Shown piece after piece: positions 30,015 to 39,691 of a stretch of DNA of 64,000 bases (its first letter is position 1; each line of letters begins with the position of its first letter). The DNA comes from Thermoplasmatota archaeon. Lineage in GTDB: Archaea > Thermoplasmatota > E2 > DHVEG-1. A program made the translations under genes and the position numbers. Location: positions 906 to 64,905 of the forward strand of contig JAWABU010000004.1 of NCBI GenBank assembly GCA_038884455.1, given 5' to 3'. A model generated the notes under the pieces. The model was not told the DNA's origin. It did no database searches and saw only the letters and a program-made list of their open reading frames with translations.

Positions 30015-31025
30015 TTAGTCAGAGATTATCGGAAGAATCGTCCCGCAATACATACATCGTTTATTGTTTACTCCTGTAAGTTGTATTGAGAACCCATGGC
30101 GTTCGATAACGGTTTTGTGGCAGATGGGGCATCTGGTGTTTTCGTAGGAACCATGAGCGATATTTCCAAGATATGCGTAGAGTAATCCTTGGTTTTGTGC
30201 ATGTGAATAAATAGTAATCATAGTTTCTTTCGGGGTTGCCGGTAGGTTTGTCATCTGGTGGTCTGGATGGAATCTGGTAAAATGAACCGGTGTTTCTCGA
30301 CCAAGTTTTTCAAGAACCCATCGGCAAAACTTGTTAATTTCATCTAACGTGTCATTGTATCCTGGGATTACAAGATATGTTAATTCGACATGAATTCCAA
30401 GATTTTTTGCAAGCTCACAAGTGTTTAGAACAGGTTCAAGTCGTGCGGTACAGATTTTGTGATAAAATGATTCCGTGAATGCTTTCGCATCAATATTCAT
30501 TGCATCTAAATACTGGGAGAGTTCCCTGAGCGGGTCTTCATTGATATATCCATTGGTTACATAGACGGTAGCAAGTCCTTGTCTTTTTGCATATTTCATT
30601 GTGTCATAGGCGTATTCATGCCAAATTGTTGGTTCGTTGTACGTCCATGCGATACCTCTACAGTTATGTTCTTGGGCGATTGCAACTGTTTGTTCAGGAG
30701 TAAGTTCTCGAAAAGGAAAATGATAGGGTTGTGCTGTTGAAATACTTGCATTCTGACAGTGAGCGCATTTCATGGTACAACCTACAGATCCGATCGATAA
30801 TACCAATGATCCTGGATAGAAATGATACAATGGTTTTTTTTCAATGGGGTCATCAGCAATCGATGAACAAGACCCATAAATCAGAGAAATCAGTTTTCCT
30901 TGCTTGTTTTCACGGACACCACAAATTCCGCGTCTTCCTGAAGGAATCGTACATTGATGTGGACATAATAAACATTGGACCTGTTGATTATCCAGGGGCC
31001 GCCAGAATTTTGCTTCATGATGCAT
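30015..31025 (-). CDS. AmmeMemoRadiSam-system radical SAM enzyme
   Basis: CxxxCxxC motif (GCTMKCAHCQN) with N- and C-terminal Cys clusters typical of the pyruvate-formate-lyase-activase-like AmmeMemoRadiSam family. Confidence 0.7.
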   Translation of the reverse strand: MHHEAKFWRPLDNQQVQCLLCPHQCTIPSGRRGICGVRENKQGKLISLIYGSCSSIADDPIEKKPLYHFYPGSLVLSIGSVGCTMKCAHCQNASISTAQPYHFPFRELTPEQTVAIAQEHNCRGIAWTYNEPTIWHEYAYDTMKYAKRQGLATVYVTNGYINEDPLRELSQYLDAMNIDAKAFTESFYHKICTARLEPVLNTCELAKNLGIHVELTYLVIPGYNDTLDEINKFCRWVLEKLGRETPVHFTRFHPDHQMTNLPATPKETMITIYSHAQNQGLLYAYLGNIAHGSYENTRCPICHKTVIERHGFSIQLTGVNNKRCMYCGTILPIISD

Positions 31026-31053
31026 TGCTGTTTTTCATACAAAAACAGTTTAT

Positions 31054-32364
31054 TTATGTTTCGCCAAGAATAAGCCCTTTTCGGTTTGTTACTCGATACG
31101 GATATTTGTCGTTGATTTGGGGCTCCATGGTTTTATATTCGGCAAACGCCTTATCGGTTCGTAGCATATATTTAGCATAATAAAATGCTTCTTCGACCGA
31201 TACTTTTCCATCTTTGAAGAGGTGTAACCGAGAAGGTACTCCTCGTTTGAGAAAACCTGGTTTGAAGCCATCAGCATCTCCTGTTTTGATACCCTCAAAC
31301 CAGAGTAAGGTAAACAGAGGGCCCTGAGTGGTGCTGGCGTATCCTTGTCTGAATTTACTGGTGCTTGAAATGACAATACGACCTGAACGTGGTATCCCTG
31401 ATTTGAACAGAAGTGATGTTGAAAAATCATAAATGGTTTTATCTGCAAAACCTCCACTATAGCAAGCGTCAACGATCAGTGTTGTTTTTTTAGATCGAAG
31501 TCCAAATAGCATTTTTCCCAAGTCACGATCACTCAGTAGTCCATCCCAGAGAAAGATCTGACTTCGTTCGAATAGTTTTCCACCGGTTGCTGAGTTGCTT
31601 GCATCTCCATATCCATGGTTGAAAATCCAGATGAACACTTCGCTATCGCGGTAGGAGTTTGCTTGGTTCACGAGATGGGTAACAACCTGGATGAACGTAT
31701 CTTTGGTTGCTGCTCCATAGGTAACCGCATAGCTATGCTTGCGTTGCTGCAAGGTTTCTATTCTTTCACCATAGCCGTTGTCTTTTCGAATCCATCCATC
31801 GTCAAAAAGAATCACAATGTTTTCTGTGGCATAGTTGTAGTGGGTGATGAAATATGCTGCCATTTCTTCAGCAAGGTATAATCCACCGTTGCCAAGTTTA
31901 CTTTCATTCTCTTTGGGAAAGTTTGCGGCTGCGACAAAGAGAGCCCATTTGTGGCCATCTGAAGAAACATTTTTCGGATTTTCTAAGGTAACGTTAATCG
32001 AAGAGATTTTTGAATACTGTTTACCATCATATGCTCGTACACTAATCATGTAGTCTGCATTTTTCTCAGAATATGCAATCCAGGTGTAGCTCCACTGGGT
32101 TAGACCACTTACATTGGTCCATGTTGTGTTGCCGATTTTAATTTCAACACTAACCAGCTCCTGATCTCCATCCGGGTCAGATGCAGTTCCACTGATCATA
32201 ACTAGTTGGGAGACCACAGCATGATCTGACGGATACACTATGGTGACAATTGGTTTTTTGTTAGCATGGTAGGGATCCCGGGTGCCTAGTGTAAAGTAGT
32301 ACACAATTCCTATAAGTATCAGAACTACGAGTACTGTGCATACAGTGATCAGCTTTTTGTTCAT
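31054..32364 (-). CDS. membrane-anchored clan CD cysteine peptidase (legumain/C13-like)
   Basis: N-terminal TM segment. Putative His in IFNHGYGD and Cys in LIVDACYSGGF (Ala-Cys motif), ~57 aa apart. Confidence 0.6.
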   Translation of the reverse strand: MNKKLITVCTVLVVLILIGIVYYFTLGTRDPYHANKKPIVTIVYPSDHAVVSQLVMISGTASDPDGDQELVSVEIKIGNTTWTNVSGLTQWSYTWIAYSEKNADYMISVRAYDGKQYSKISSINVTLENPKNVSSDGHKWALFVAAANFPKENESKLGNGGLYLAEEMAAYFITHYNYATENIVILFDDGWIRKDNGYGERIETLQQRKHSYAVTYGAATKDTFIQVVTHLVNQANSYRDSEVFIWIFNHGYGDASNSATGGKLFERSQIFLWDGLLSDRDLGKMLFGLRSKKTTLIVDACYSGGFADKTIYDFSTSLLFKSGIPRSGRIVISSTSKFRQGYASTTQGPLFTLLWFEGIKTGDADGFKPGFLKRGVPSRLHLFKDGKVSVEEAFYYAKYMLRTDKAFAEYKTMEPQINDKYPYRVTNRKGLILGET

Positions 32365-32452
32365 TCTTTCTCTAATAAAAAAAGTACTCTTGGTCCTTTA
32401 ATATCTTTATGGAACAATTGGTACCGGATTCTGAAGGAAGAATCGTGTTGTT

Positions 32453-33490
32453 TTACCACGTAATGTTTTTTTTAAAATGTTCATACCCTTTGTTCTCAAG
32501 AACTGTGGTATCACTCCCAGTATATAATAGAATTTTTTTTGTTTTTGTTACAGTTCCAATCGGATAGAGAGATACACCTTTTTTTCCTACGGCTTTTTTT
32601 GTTTTTTCAAACACAGTTGGCGGAATTGTAACAAGGAGTTCATAGTCACCACCGAAATGCAAAGAAACAGCAGGAACATCAAGGTTTTTTATTTTCTTTG
32701 CTACTGATCTGAGTTCTGGTGAAATCGGAAGTTTTTCTTGATCTATTTCAACCCCAATCTGGTTCATTTCTTGGAGTTGATACAGCGATGACGATAAACC
32801 ATCGGAAAGATCCATACAACTGGTAACATGATGCGTCTGAGCTAGTATTCTCCCTTCGTTGAGTCGAGGCCATGGTTCAAACAAGAATCGGCAGATTTTT
32901 CTGTCAGTAATGTTATGGCGGAGTGCATAGTATCCAGCTCCAGCTTTTCCGAGCGTTCCAGTGACTGCAACCACATCGCCAATCTGTGCTCCTCGACGTG
33001 CCATGAACTCATTTTTATTCACCCTGCCAAATGCAGTCCCTGAAAGTGTTATTTCTCGTGTTTCTTTGGTATCACCGCCAACGATTGTTGTTCCAAAACG
33101 AGTTGCACAGGTGTTTAAACCACGACTTACTTCTTTGAGAAATTGTTCTGAGGTTTCCGTAGGCAACCCCAGAGATACAACTAATCCAAGTGGTGTTCCT
33201 CCTTTTGCTGCAAGGTCACTGAGGTTGATTGCGCAGAGAAACCAACCAATCTGAAATGGTCTCATCTCCTGTGGTATGTGGGTTTTTTCAGAAATCATGT
33301 CGGTTGTTATGAGCAGATAGTCTTTTCCAAGATCAATCGCGGCGCAATCGTCGCCAAGACCAACCAGGCTAGTATCCTGAGTGAGTATCGATGTGATGAG
33401 TTGTATCGCTTTTCGTTCTCCGAGGTCTGAGAGTTTTTTCACAAATTGTTCAACACGTGGGGTATTCAAAAGGTTTATGATAAAAAACAT
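32453..33490 (-). CDS. thiL: thiamine-monophosphate kinase-like PurM-superfamily protein
   Basis: GLGDDCAAID motif and the general PurM/ThiL fold pattern. HypE-like proteins are not fully excluded. Confidence 0.6.
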   Translation of the reverse strand: MFFIINLLNTPRVEQFVKKLSDLGERKAIQLITSILTQDTSLVGLGDDCAAIDLGKDYLLITTDMISEKTHIPQEMRPFQIGWFLCAINLSDLAAKGGTPLGLVVSLGLPTETSEQFLKEVSRGLNTCATRFGTTIVGGDTKETREITLSGTAFGRVNKNEFMARRGAQIGDVVAVTGTLGKAGAGYYALRHNITDRKICRFLFEPWPRLNEGRILAQTHHVTSCMDLSDGLSSSLYQLQEMNQIGVEIDQEKLPISPELRSVAKKIKNLDVPAVSLHFGGDYELLVTIPPTVFEKTKKAVGKKGVSLYPIGTVTKTKKILLYTGSDTTVLENKGYEHFKKNITW

Positions 33491-33523
33491 GTTTTTCCCC
33501 TTGATGTATGCTGTAGGGAGTGA

Positions 33524-34561
33524 TTGATTTTGAAAAAAATGACGTATGCAGATAGCGGTGTTGATATTTATCAGAAAGAAGAAGCAATTACCTCGCTACT
33601 TTCAAGTATTACAACAAAAAGAACCGGGTTTGGCAAACCCTTAGGGGGGCACTATGCAGGTCTTATCGATTTTGGACCATATGCATTAGTCCTTTGTACT
33701 GATGGTGTTGGAACGAAAATCAAAATCGCTGAAGCATTGAACAAGTGGGATACTATTGGTATCGATTGTATCGCAATGAATGTCAATGATGCGATCTGTG
33801 TTGGTGCAGAACCGCTTGCATTTGTTGATTATCTAGCGGTAAACAACCCAGATGCTGAAATAACAAAGGAAATCGGTAAGGGGTTAAACAAGGGAGCAGA
33901 ACTTGCTCGAATATCAATTATTGGTGGTGAAACTGCTGATCTGCCTGAAATCATCAATGGTCTTGATCTTGCAGGAACGTGTCTAGCCTATGTGAAAAAA
34001 ACTGATATCGTGATGGGTGATCGTATTCGTCCTGGTGATATCATCATTGGCCTTTCAAGCACTGGAGTTCATTCTAATGGCTACACGCTTGCACGAAAAG
34101 TAGTTACTGAATCTGGTTTTGCATACACTGATCGATTTCCTGAGGGCTGGTATCCCGGGAAAACCATTGGTGAAATCATGCTTGAACCAACAAGAATCTA
34201 CGTTCGAGAAATCTTGCAGCTTCTTAAAAAAATCAAAGTCCATGGATTAGCTCATATCACCGGAAGCGGCCTTCGGAATCTCCCTCGATTAAAGAAACAG
34301 GTGAAATATGTACTTACCGATCCCTTTGCACCTCAGCCTATTTTTCAGTTTTTACAAACGTATGGAAACATCGAAGACGCAGAGATGTATCATACATTTA
34401 ACATGGGCATGGGATTTGCAGTAATCGTTGCAGAGCAAGATGCCGAAGAAACCGTCAAAATTCTTACAAAATATTCAGATGCAGAGGTACAGATCGTCGG
34501 AATGATCACGAAAGGATCTGGTGTTGAAGTCCCAAGTTTGAATATAGCGTTCCAACCATAG
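33524..34561 (+). CDS. purM: phosphoribosylformylglycinamidine cyclo-ligase (AIR synthetase)
   Basis: MTYADSGVDI N-terminus and conserved PurM blocks. Confidence 0.85.
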   Translation: MILKKMTYADSGVDIYQKEEAITSLLSSITTKRTGFGKPLGGHYAGLIDFGPYALVLCTDGVGTKIKIAEALNKWDTIGIDCIAMNVNDAICVGAEPLAFVDYLAVNNPDAEITKEIGKGLNKGAELARISIIGGETADLPEIINGLDLAGTCLAYVKKTDIVMGDRIRPGDIIIGLSSTGVHSNGYTLARKVVTESGFAYTDRFPEGWYPGKTIGEIMLEPTRIYVREILQLLKKIKVHGLAHITGSGLRNLPRLKKQVKYVLTDPFAPQPIFQFLQTYGNIEDAEMYHTFNMGMGFAVIVAEQDAEETVKILTKYSDAEVQIVGMITKGSGVEVPSLNIAFQP

Positions 34562-34590
34562 GTTTTTTTCTGAGTACGTATGTAGGGTAT

Positions 34591-35508
34591 ATGAAAATCG
34601 GAAATGTTGAAATCAAGAATCCTTTTGTTCTTGCTCCACTTGCAGGAGTGAGTTGTACCGCGTTTCGTTTGCTCTGCAAAGAGAACGGCGCAGGGCTTAT
34701 TTATACGCAGATGATTGATGCAGAACGTATCTCTGAGAAAAAACCTGAGGAGGTACAATCGTTTCTGAATATTCTGCCGCAGGAACGACCAGTAACCGTC
34801 CAACTTATTGGCAGTACCAAACAAACATTACTTCGTGCAGTACACGTAGTTGAACCATTTGCTGATATTATTGATTTGAATGTTGGCTGTATTGAGGAGG
34901 ATTATCTTTCGAAAGGATGCGGTGCAGCATTGCTTAAACATCTTGATCATCTTGAGACGCTCGTCAACGCGATGGTGAGTGCAACTGCAAAACCTATCAC
35001 GGCGAAAATACGGATTGGGTGGGACAACCAGCATATCAATGGTGTAGCAGTAGCACAACGTTTGGAAAACAACGGTCTTGCTGCTCTCTGCGTTCATGGG
35101 AGAACTGCTGATCAAAAATATGCGGGTAAGGTCAACTGGACGATCATGAAGCAAATTAAACAAAAACTTCACATCCCAGTTATTGCAAATGGAGATGTTA
35201 AAAGTTATACTGATGGTCTTGCAATGTTGGAAAAAACAGGATGTGACTTGGTGATGATCGGCAGAGAAGCTATGCACTGCCCGTGGGTATTCAGTCAAAA
35301 ACCAGTTGATATCAAGCAGCAGATTCTCCGATTTATTGATCTGTATCAACGTTATGAACAGCGCCAGTCAGTTGTAGAGATTAGTGATCATGTGTTTTGG
35401 ATGCTTCGTGATTTTCAAACAACTCAGGATACGAAGAAGGTTCATCTGTTATCTACGGTTGGTCAGATTCAGCGTTTTGTTGCTCGGTTAGATTCTCGTC
35501 TTGAGTAG
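34591..35508 (+). CDS. dus: tRNA-dihydrouridine synthase
   Basis: LAPLAGVSCTAFRLLC...GAGLIYTQMI Dus family N-terminus. TIM-barrel FMN enzyme pattern. Confidence 0.75.
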   Translation: MKIGNVEIKNPFVLAPLAGVSCTAFRLLCKENGAGLIYTQMIDAERISEKKPEEVQSFLNILPQERPVTVQLIGSTKQTLLRAVHVVEPFADIIDLNVGCIEEDYLSKGCGAALLKHLDHLETLVNAMVSATAKPITAKIRIGWDNQHINGVAVAQRLENNGLAALCVHGRTADQKYAGKVNWTIMKQIKQKLHIPVIANGDVKSYTDGLAMLEKTGCDLVMIGREAMHCPWVFSQKPVDIKQQILRFIDLYQRYEQRQSVVEISDHVFWMLRDFQTTQDTKKVHLLSTVGQIQRFVARLDSRLE

Positions 35509-37597
35509 ATTTCTTTTTTAATGACGATGGACGTTCTGTTTGTTTCGATGAGGTTGTAGTTCCATTGTTTTTTTTCTTAGGGCAAGCTGGGTTTAGACAG
35601 AGATCCCAATGTCGTTTACCTTTGAATTTCACCCGGATAATTGGTGTTTTACATTCAGGGCAGAGTTTATCGGTGAGGATCAAACCACCCTGCTGAGGAA
35701 GAGAATACGTGTTTTTACAGTCAGGATACCCGGTGCAACCAACAAATCGTTTCCCTTTTTTTGATGTGCGAACCATGAGATCTTTTCCGCATTGAGGACA
35801 TGAACCAATGTTATGCTGCTGACGGACTGCTTTGGTGATACTTTGTTTAATCTCCTCTTTTAGTGGTTCAAGATCTCTCATAACTTCTGTGAGCATCTGA
35901 CGAGATTCTGTGACCACTTCGATGAGTGTTTTCTTTCCTTCAGCGATGGCATCCATATCTTCTTCGAGACGAGCCGTCATAACTGGTTTGACGACATCGC
36001 AATGTCCAAGTGCTTCAACCACGGCGATTGCAGTTGCTGTGGGAACAGGGGGTGAACCATGGATATACTTCCTGCTGTACAGTTTACTAATGATTTCATG
36101 ACGGGTTGATTTTGTTCCAAGTTTTAGTTCCTCCATTTTTGCGATCAAAGATCCTTGAGAGTATCGCTGGGGAGGTTTCGTCGCATCTTCTTTTATCTCG
36201 ATATTCTCAACCTGGATTGATTCTCCTTGCGTAAGCTCAGGAAGTACTGTATGTTTTTCTTTGTAGTATGGATATACGTCACGCCAGTTTGATTCAAGAA
36301 GTTTGTAACCTTCTGCGTTGAATAGTTCGCCACCGATGTCAAGCTGTATTTTTGTTCGTTCTGCTACAGCGTTTTTTGTCAGGGTTGCAAGAAAACGGCG
36401 GCAGATTAATTCATAGATTTTTTTCTGTTCTGCTGAGAGTTTTTTGCTTGGTGCATCGACAGGATGTATTGGTGGATGATCGGTTGCTTGTTGTTTTCCC
36501 CGTGTTGGGTAGTCTCTGCTGTGCGTAAGGACGTAGTCAACTTCTTTTGAGAATTGAGATGTTTTCAGTTTTTCAAGAATACCTCGGATATTGAGTGAAT
36601 TTGGATACACGGTATTATCTGTTCGCGGGTATGAGGTTAATCCCATCATATAGAGTTCTTCAGCGATGTTCATTGCTTTGGCTGCTGAAAAACCAAGATA
36701 CGATGCTGCCTGAAGAAACGTTGTCGTGTTGAAAGGAGATGGCGGTGTTTCTTCTTCAATCTTTTTTATTATTTCTTTTACCGTTGCTTGGTGTACCTCT
36801 TTTATTTTTTCATAGATCTGTGTTGCATGTTGTTTTTCCCAGAAAAATTCTTCACTGTGATCTGCATCAAATGTGGTATTTTTTATCAGATGAGCAATAA
36901 TTTTCCAATATGGTGTTGGAATGAATTTTTTAATTTCTTTTTCTCGTTCAACAAGAAGCGCCATGGTTGGTGATTGCACTCTGCCGATAGAGAGAAAGTC
37001 TCGTCCAAGACGCCGTGAGGTCAATGAAATAAATCTCGTGAGAACAGCACCCCAGACAAGGTCAATGATCTGACGCGCCTCAGCAGCATTTGCTAAATTA
37101 TAATCAACCTCGACAAGATCAGAAAACGCTTTCGTAATTTCATATGGGGTTATGGCACTATACTTTGCTCGTTTGATTTGAACAATATTTTTATTATACT
37201 CTTTTAGGAGATCAACAACTTCAACACCGATCAGTTCTCCTTCACGATCATAGTCAGTTGCAACAATTAAAAATGGGTTTTTGTCAACAAGTGATTTCAA
37301 TGCTGCAGCAATACCTTTTTCATGAATTTTTTTAATTGGTTGTACCTCAATGAGTTCATGTGGTTGGATTTTCTGCCATTGGTTAAAATCAGTTGGATAA
37401 TCAAGGGTGATGATATGACCTTTTAAACCAATAACATCCCACGGTTCACCATCTTTTTCAAACTGATAGACAGGGATTTTTCCGATATGAGTACTTTTTG
37501 CAGTACCATTAGACAAAATATAGGCAATTCGTCGTGCAGCTATGTTTTTTTCGCAAATAACCAGTTTCATCGGGTGTTCACTATTTTTATTGTGCAA
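35453..37597 (-). CDS. topA: DNA topoisomerase I (type IA) with C-terminal zinc ribbons
   Basis: Toprim N-terminus (MKLVICEKNIAARRIAYIL), a type IA core and two C4 zinc ribbons followed by a low-complexity basic tail. Start may be the Met at 37570. Confidence 0.85.
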   Translation of the reverse strand: MHNKNSEHPMKLVICEKNIAARRIAYILSNGTAKSTHIGKIPVYQFEKDGEPWDVIGLKGHIITLDYPTDFNQWQKIQPHELIEVQPIKKIHEKGIAAALKSLVDKNPFLIVATDYDREGELIGVEVVDLLKEYNKNIVQIKRAKYSAITPYEITKAFSDLVEVDYNLANAAEARQIIDLVWGAVLTRFISLTSRRLGRDFLSIGRVQSPTMALLVEREKEIKKFIPTPYWKIIAHLIKNTTFDADHSEEFFWEKQHATQIYEKIKEVHQATVKEIIKKIEEETPPSPFNTTTFLQAASYLGFSAAKAMNIAEELYMMGLTSYPRTDNTVYPNSLNIRGILEKLKTSQFSKEVDYVLTHSRDYPTRGKQQATDHPPIHPVDAPSKKLSAEQKKIYELICRRFLATLTKNAVAERTKIQLDIGGELFNAEGYKLLESNWRDVYPYYKEKHTVLPELTQGESIQVENIEIKEDATKPPQRYSQGSLIAKMEELKLGTKSTRHEIISKLYSRKYIHGSPPVPTATAIAVVEALGHCDVVKPVMTARLEEDMDAIAEGKKTLIEVVTESRQMLTEVMRDLEPLKEEIKQSITKAVRQQHNIGSCPQCGKDLMVRTSKKGKRFVGCTGYPDCKNTYSLPQQGGLILTDKLCPECKTPIIRVKFKGKRHWDLCLNPACPKKKNNGTTTSSKQTERPSSLKKKSTQDENLTEQQNAESDQP

Positions 37598-37693
37598 TCA
37601 CGTCATTAACAACTCCTATAACTAGTTTGCGATACTCTAAAAAAGTTAGTTGAAACTATTTATATGAAGAGCATAATATCCTGGTGAGGTACT

Positions 37694-38140
37694 ATGAAAG
37701 TTCAAATTGTTATGGGATCAAAATCAGATATGCCGGTAGCAGAAAAAGCAAAAGAGATACTTACTGAGTTTGATGTTGAACATACGATTACTGTTGCTTC
37801 AGCGCATCGGACACCTGATGTCGTAAAAAATCTTGTCGAAAAAAGTGACGCTGATGTTTTTATTGGGATAGCTGGTCTTTCAGCAGCACTCCCTGGAGTC
37901 ATCGCTTCCCATACAACAAAACCAGTCATTGGAGTTCCAGTGAGCGGTAAAATCAATCTTGACGCGATTCTTTCGATTGTCCAAATGCCTCCAGGTGTTC
38001 CGGTTGGAGCAGTTGGTCTTGATCGGGGAGAAAATGCAGCGTTGCTTGCTGTTGAAATTCTTGCAGTTCATGATGAAAAATTAGAAAAAAAACTGGTTGA
38101 TTATCGGAAAAAAATGCGGGAAAAAGCACTTGCGCAATAG
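37694..38140 (+). CDS. purE: N5-carboxyaminoimidazole ribonucleotide mutase
   Basis: [19 protein letters not shown] with the PurE fold pattern. Confidence 0.85.
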   Translation: MKVQIVMGSKSDMPVAEKAKEILTEFDVEHTITVASAHRTPDVVKNLVEKSDADVFIGIAGLSAALPGVIASHTTKPVIGVPVSGKINLDAILSIVQMPPGVPVGAVGLDRGENAALLAVEILAVHDEKLEKKLVDYRKKMREKALAQ

Positions 38141-38157
38141 AACCAAAGGTTGCTTTT

Positions 38158-39105
38158 ATGTTTCGTGCTGAAACCTTTATAAAAAAAACTGTTGAACAGC
38201 TCAAAGCAGACATTCGTGGAAAAGCTTTAATTGCGTTTTCAGGTGGTGTTGATAGTACCGTATGTGCTGCACTCGTCAACAAAGCAATCGGTGATCACCT
38301 CGTCGCGGTACATGTTGACACAGGATATATGCGAAAAAATGAATCAGCAACCGTCAAACAAATGATGGATTCGATGGCATTGAACAATCGATTTATTAAT
38401 GCAAGTCATGAGTTCTATTATGCATTGAAAAATGTTGAAGATCCTGAACAAAAACGAAAAATCATTGGGGAAAAATTTATCAGAATTTTTGAACGAGTCG
38501 CACGTGAGGAATGTATTCAATATTTGGTTCAAGGAACTATCGCCCCTGATTGGATTGAATCAGGTGGTGGTCTTCGTGATACGATTAAATCACATCATAA
38601 TGTCGGTGGCCTCCCAAAGGATATGAACCTAACCTTGGTTGAACCACTCCGTGATTTATACAAAGATGAGGTTCGTCAGGTAGCTCGTGCGTTACATCTG
38701 AACGTTTCAGAACGTCAGCCGTTTCCTGGTCCTGGTCTTGCAATTAGAATTATCGGAGAAGCATCCCCTGAGAGAACTGAAATAGTTCGTGAGGCGTGTT
38801 ATATTGTTGAGACAGAAATCGATGCAGCAGTCGCAAAAGGACGTATGGAACGCCCATGGCAGTATTTTGCAGTACTTATACCTATTAAAACTGTTGGTGT
38901 TCATGGTGATAAACGTGCTTATGGGAATACAATCGCGATTCGTGCAGTCCAGAGTGTAGATGCAATGACTTGTCAGTATAGTTCGATACCCCATGAGGTT
39001 TTGGATCAGATTTCAACAAAAATTACCAATACATTGAAAGATAGGGTGAATAGGGTTGTCTATGATATAACAAATAAACCTCCTGGGACTGTGGAGTGGG
39101 AATAA
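38158..39105 (+). CDS. guaAb: GMP synthase subunit B (PP-loop ATP pyrophosphatase)
   Basis: PP-loop motif AFSGGVDSTV and a conserved C-terminal GMP synthase dimerisation region. Confidence 0.85.
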   Translation: MFRAETFIKKTVEQLKADIRGKALIAFSGGVDSTVCAALVNKAIGDHLVAVHVDTGYMRKNESATVKQMMDSMALNNRFINASHEFYYALKNVEDPEQKRKIIGEKFIRIFERVAREECIQYLVQGTIAPDWIESGGGLRDTIKSHHNVGGLPKDMNLTLVEPLRDLYKDEVRQVARALHLNVSERQPFPGPGLAIRIIGEASPERTEIVREACYIVETEIDAAVAKGRMERPWQYFAVLIPIKTVGVHGDKRAYGNTIAIRAVQSVDAMTCQYSSIPHEVLDQISTKITNTLKDRVNRVVYDITNKPPGTVEWE

Positions 39106-39111
39106 TATACT

Positions 39112-39690
39112 ATGGTTAAAATCTATGTTGTTGACAATGGTGGTCAGTGGACGCATCGTGAATGGAGGACCCTTCGTGATCTTGATGTTGAAACAAAAAT
39201 AGTACCAAACACGATTTCCTTTGATGAGCTTCAACAGGAAGAAGTTGATGGCTTAGTTTTGTCTGGTGGCGCACCTCGGATCGGGTTGGAGTCAACGCTT
39301 GGCAATTGTGATGAATATCTGAAAAAAGCTTCCTTTCCGATTCTTGGTATTTGTGCGGGTCACCAGTATATGGCACGGTTTTTTGGTGGAGATGCTCAGC
39401 CGTCAAAAATTCCTGAGTTCGGGAAGATAGAACTTCATCTTCTCAGGGATAATGAAGAGTTGTTTCAACATGTTCCTCAGAAGTCGATTGTATGGGAATC
39501 CCATAACGATGAAGTAACCAAACTTCCAAAAGATTTTGTGCATCTCGCTGAGAGTGAATATTGTAAAATCCAGGCAATGCGACATACGAAAAAACCTTTC
39601 TTTGGTCTTCAATTTCATCCTGAGGTCGAACACACTGAATATGGTGAACAAATCTTTCAAAATTTTGTCGCTCTTTGTAAACAATACTAA
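39112..39690 (+). CDS. guaAa: GMP synthase subunit A (glutamine amidotransferase)
   Basis: Class I GATase catalytic motif GICAGHQ and an HPE triad region. Confidence 0.85.
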   Translation: MVKIYVVDNGGQWTHREWRTLRDLDVETKIVPNTISFDELQQEEVDGLVLSGGAPRIGLESTLGNCDEYLKKASFPILGICAGHQYMARFFGGDAQPSKIPEFGKIELHLLRDNEELFQHVPQKSIVWESHNDEVTKLPKDFVHLAESEYCKIQAMRHTKKPFFGLQFHPEVEHTEYGEQIFQNFVALCKQY

Positions 39691-39691
39691 A

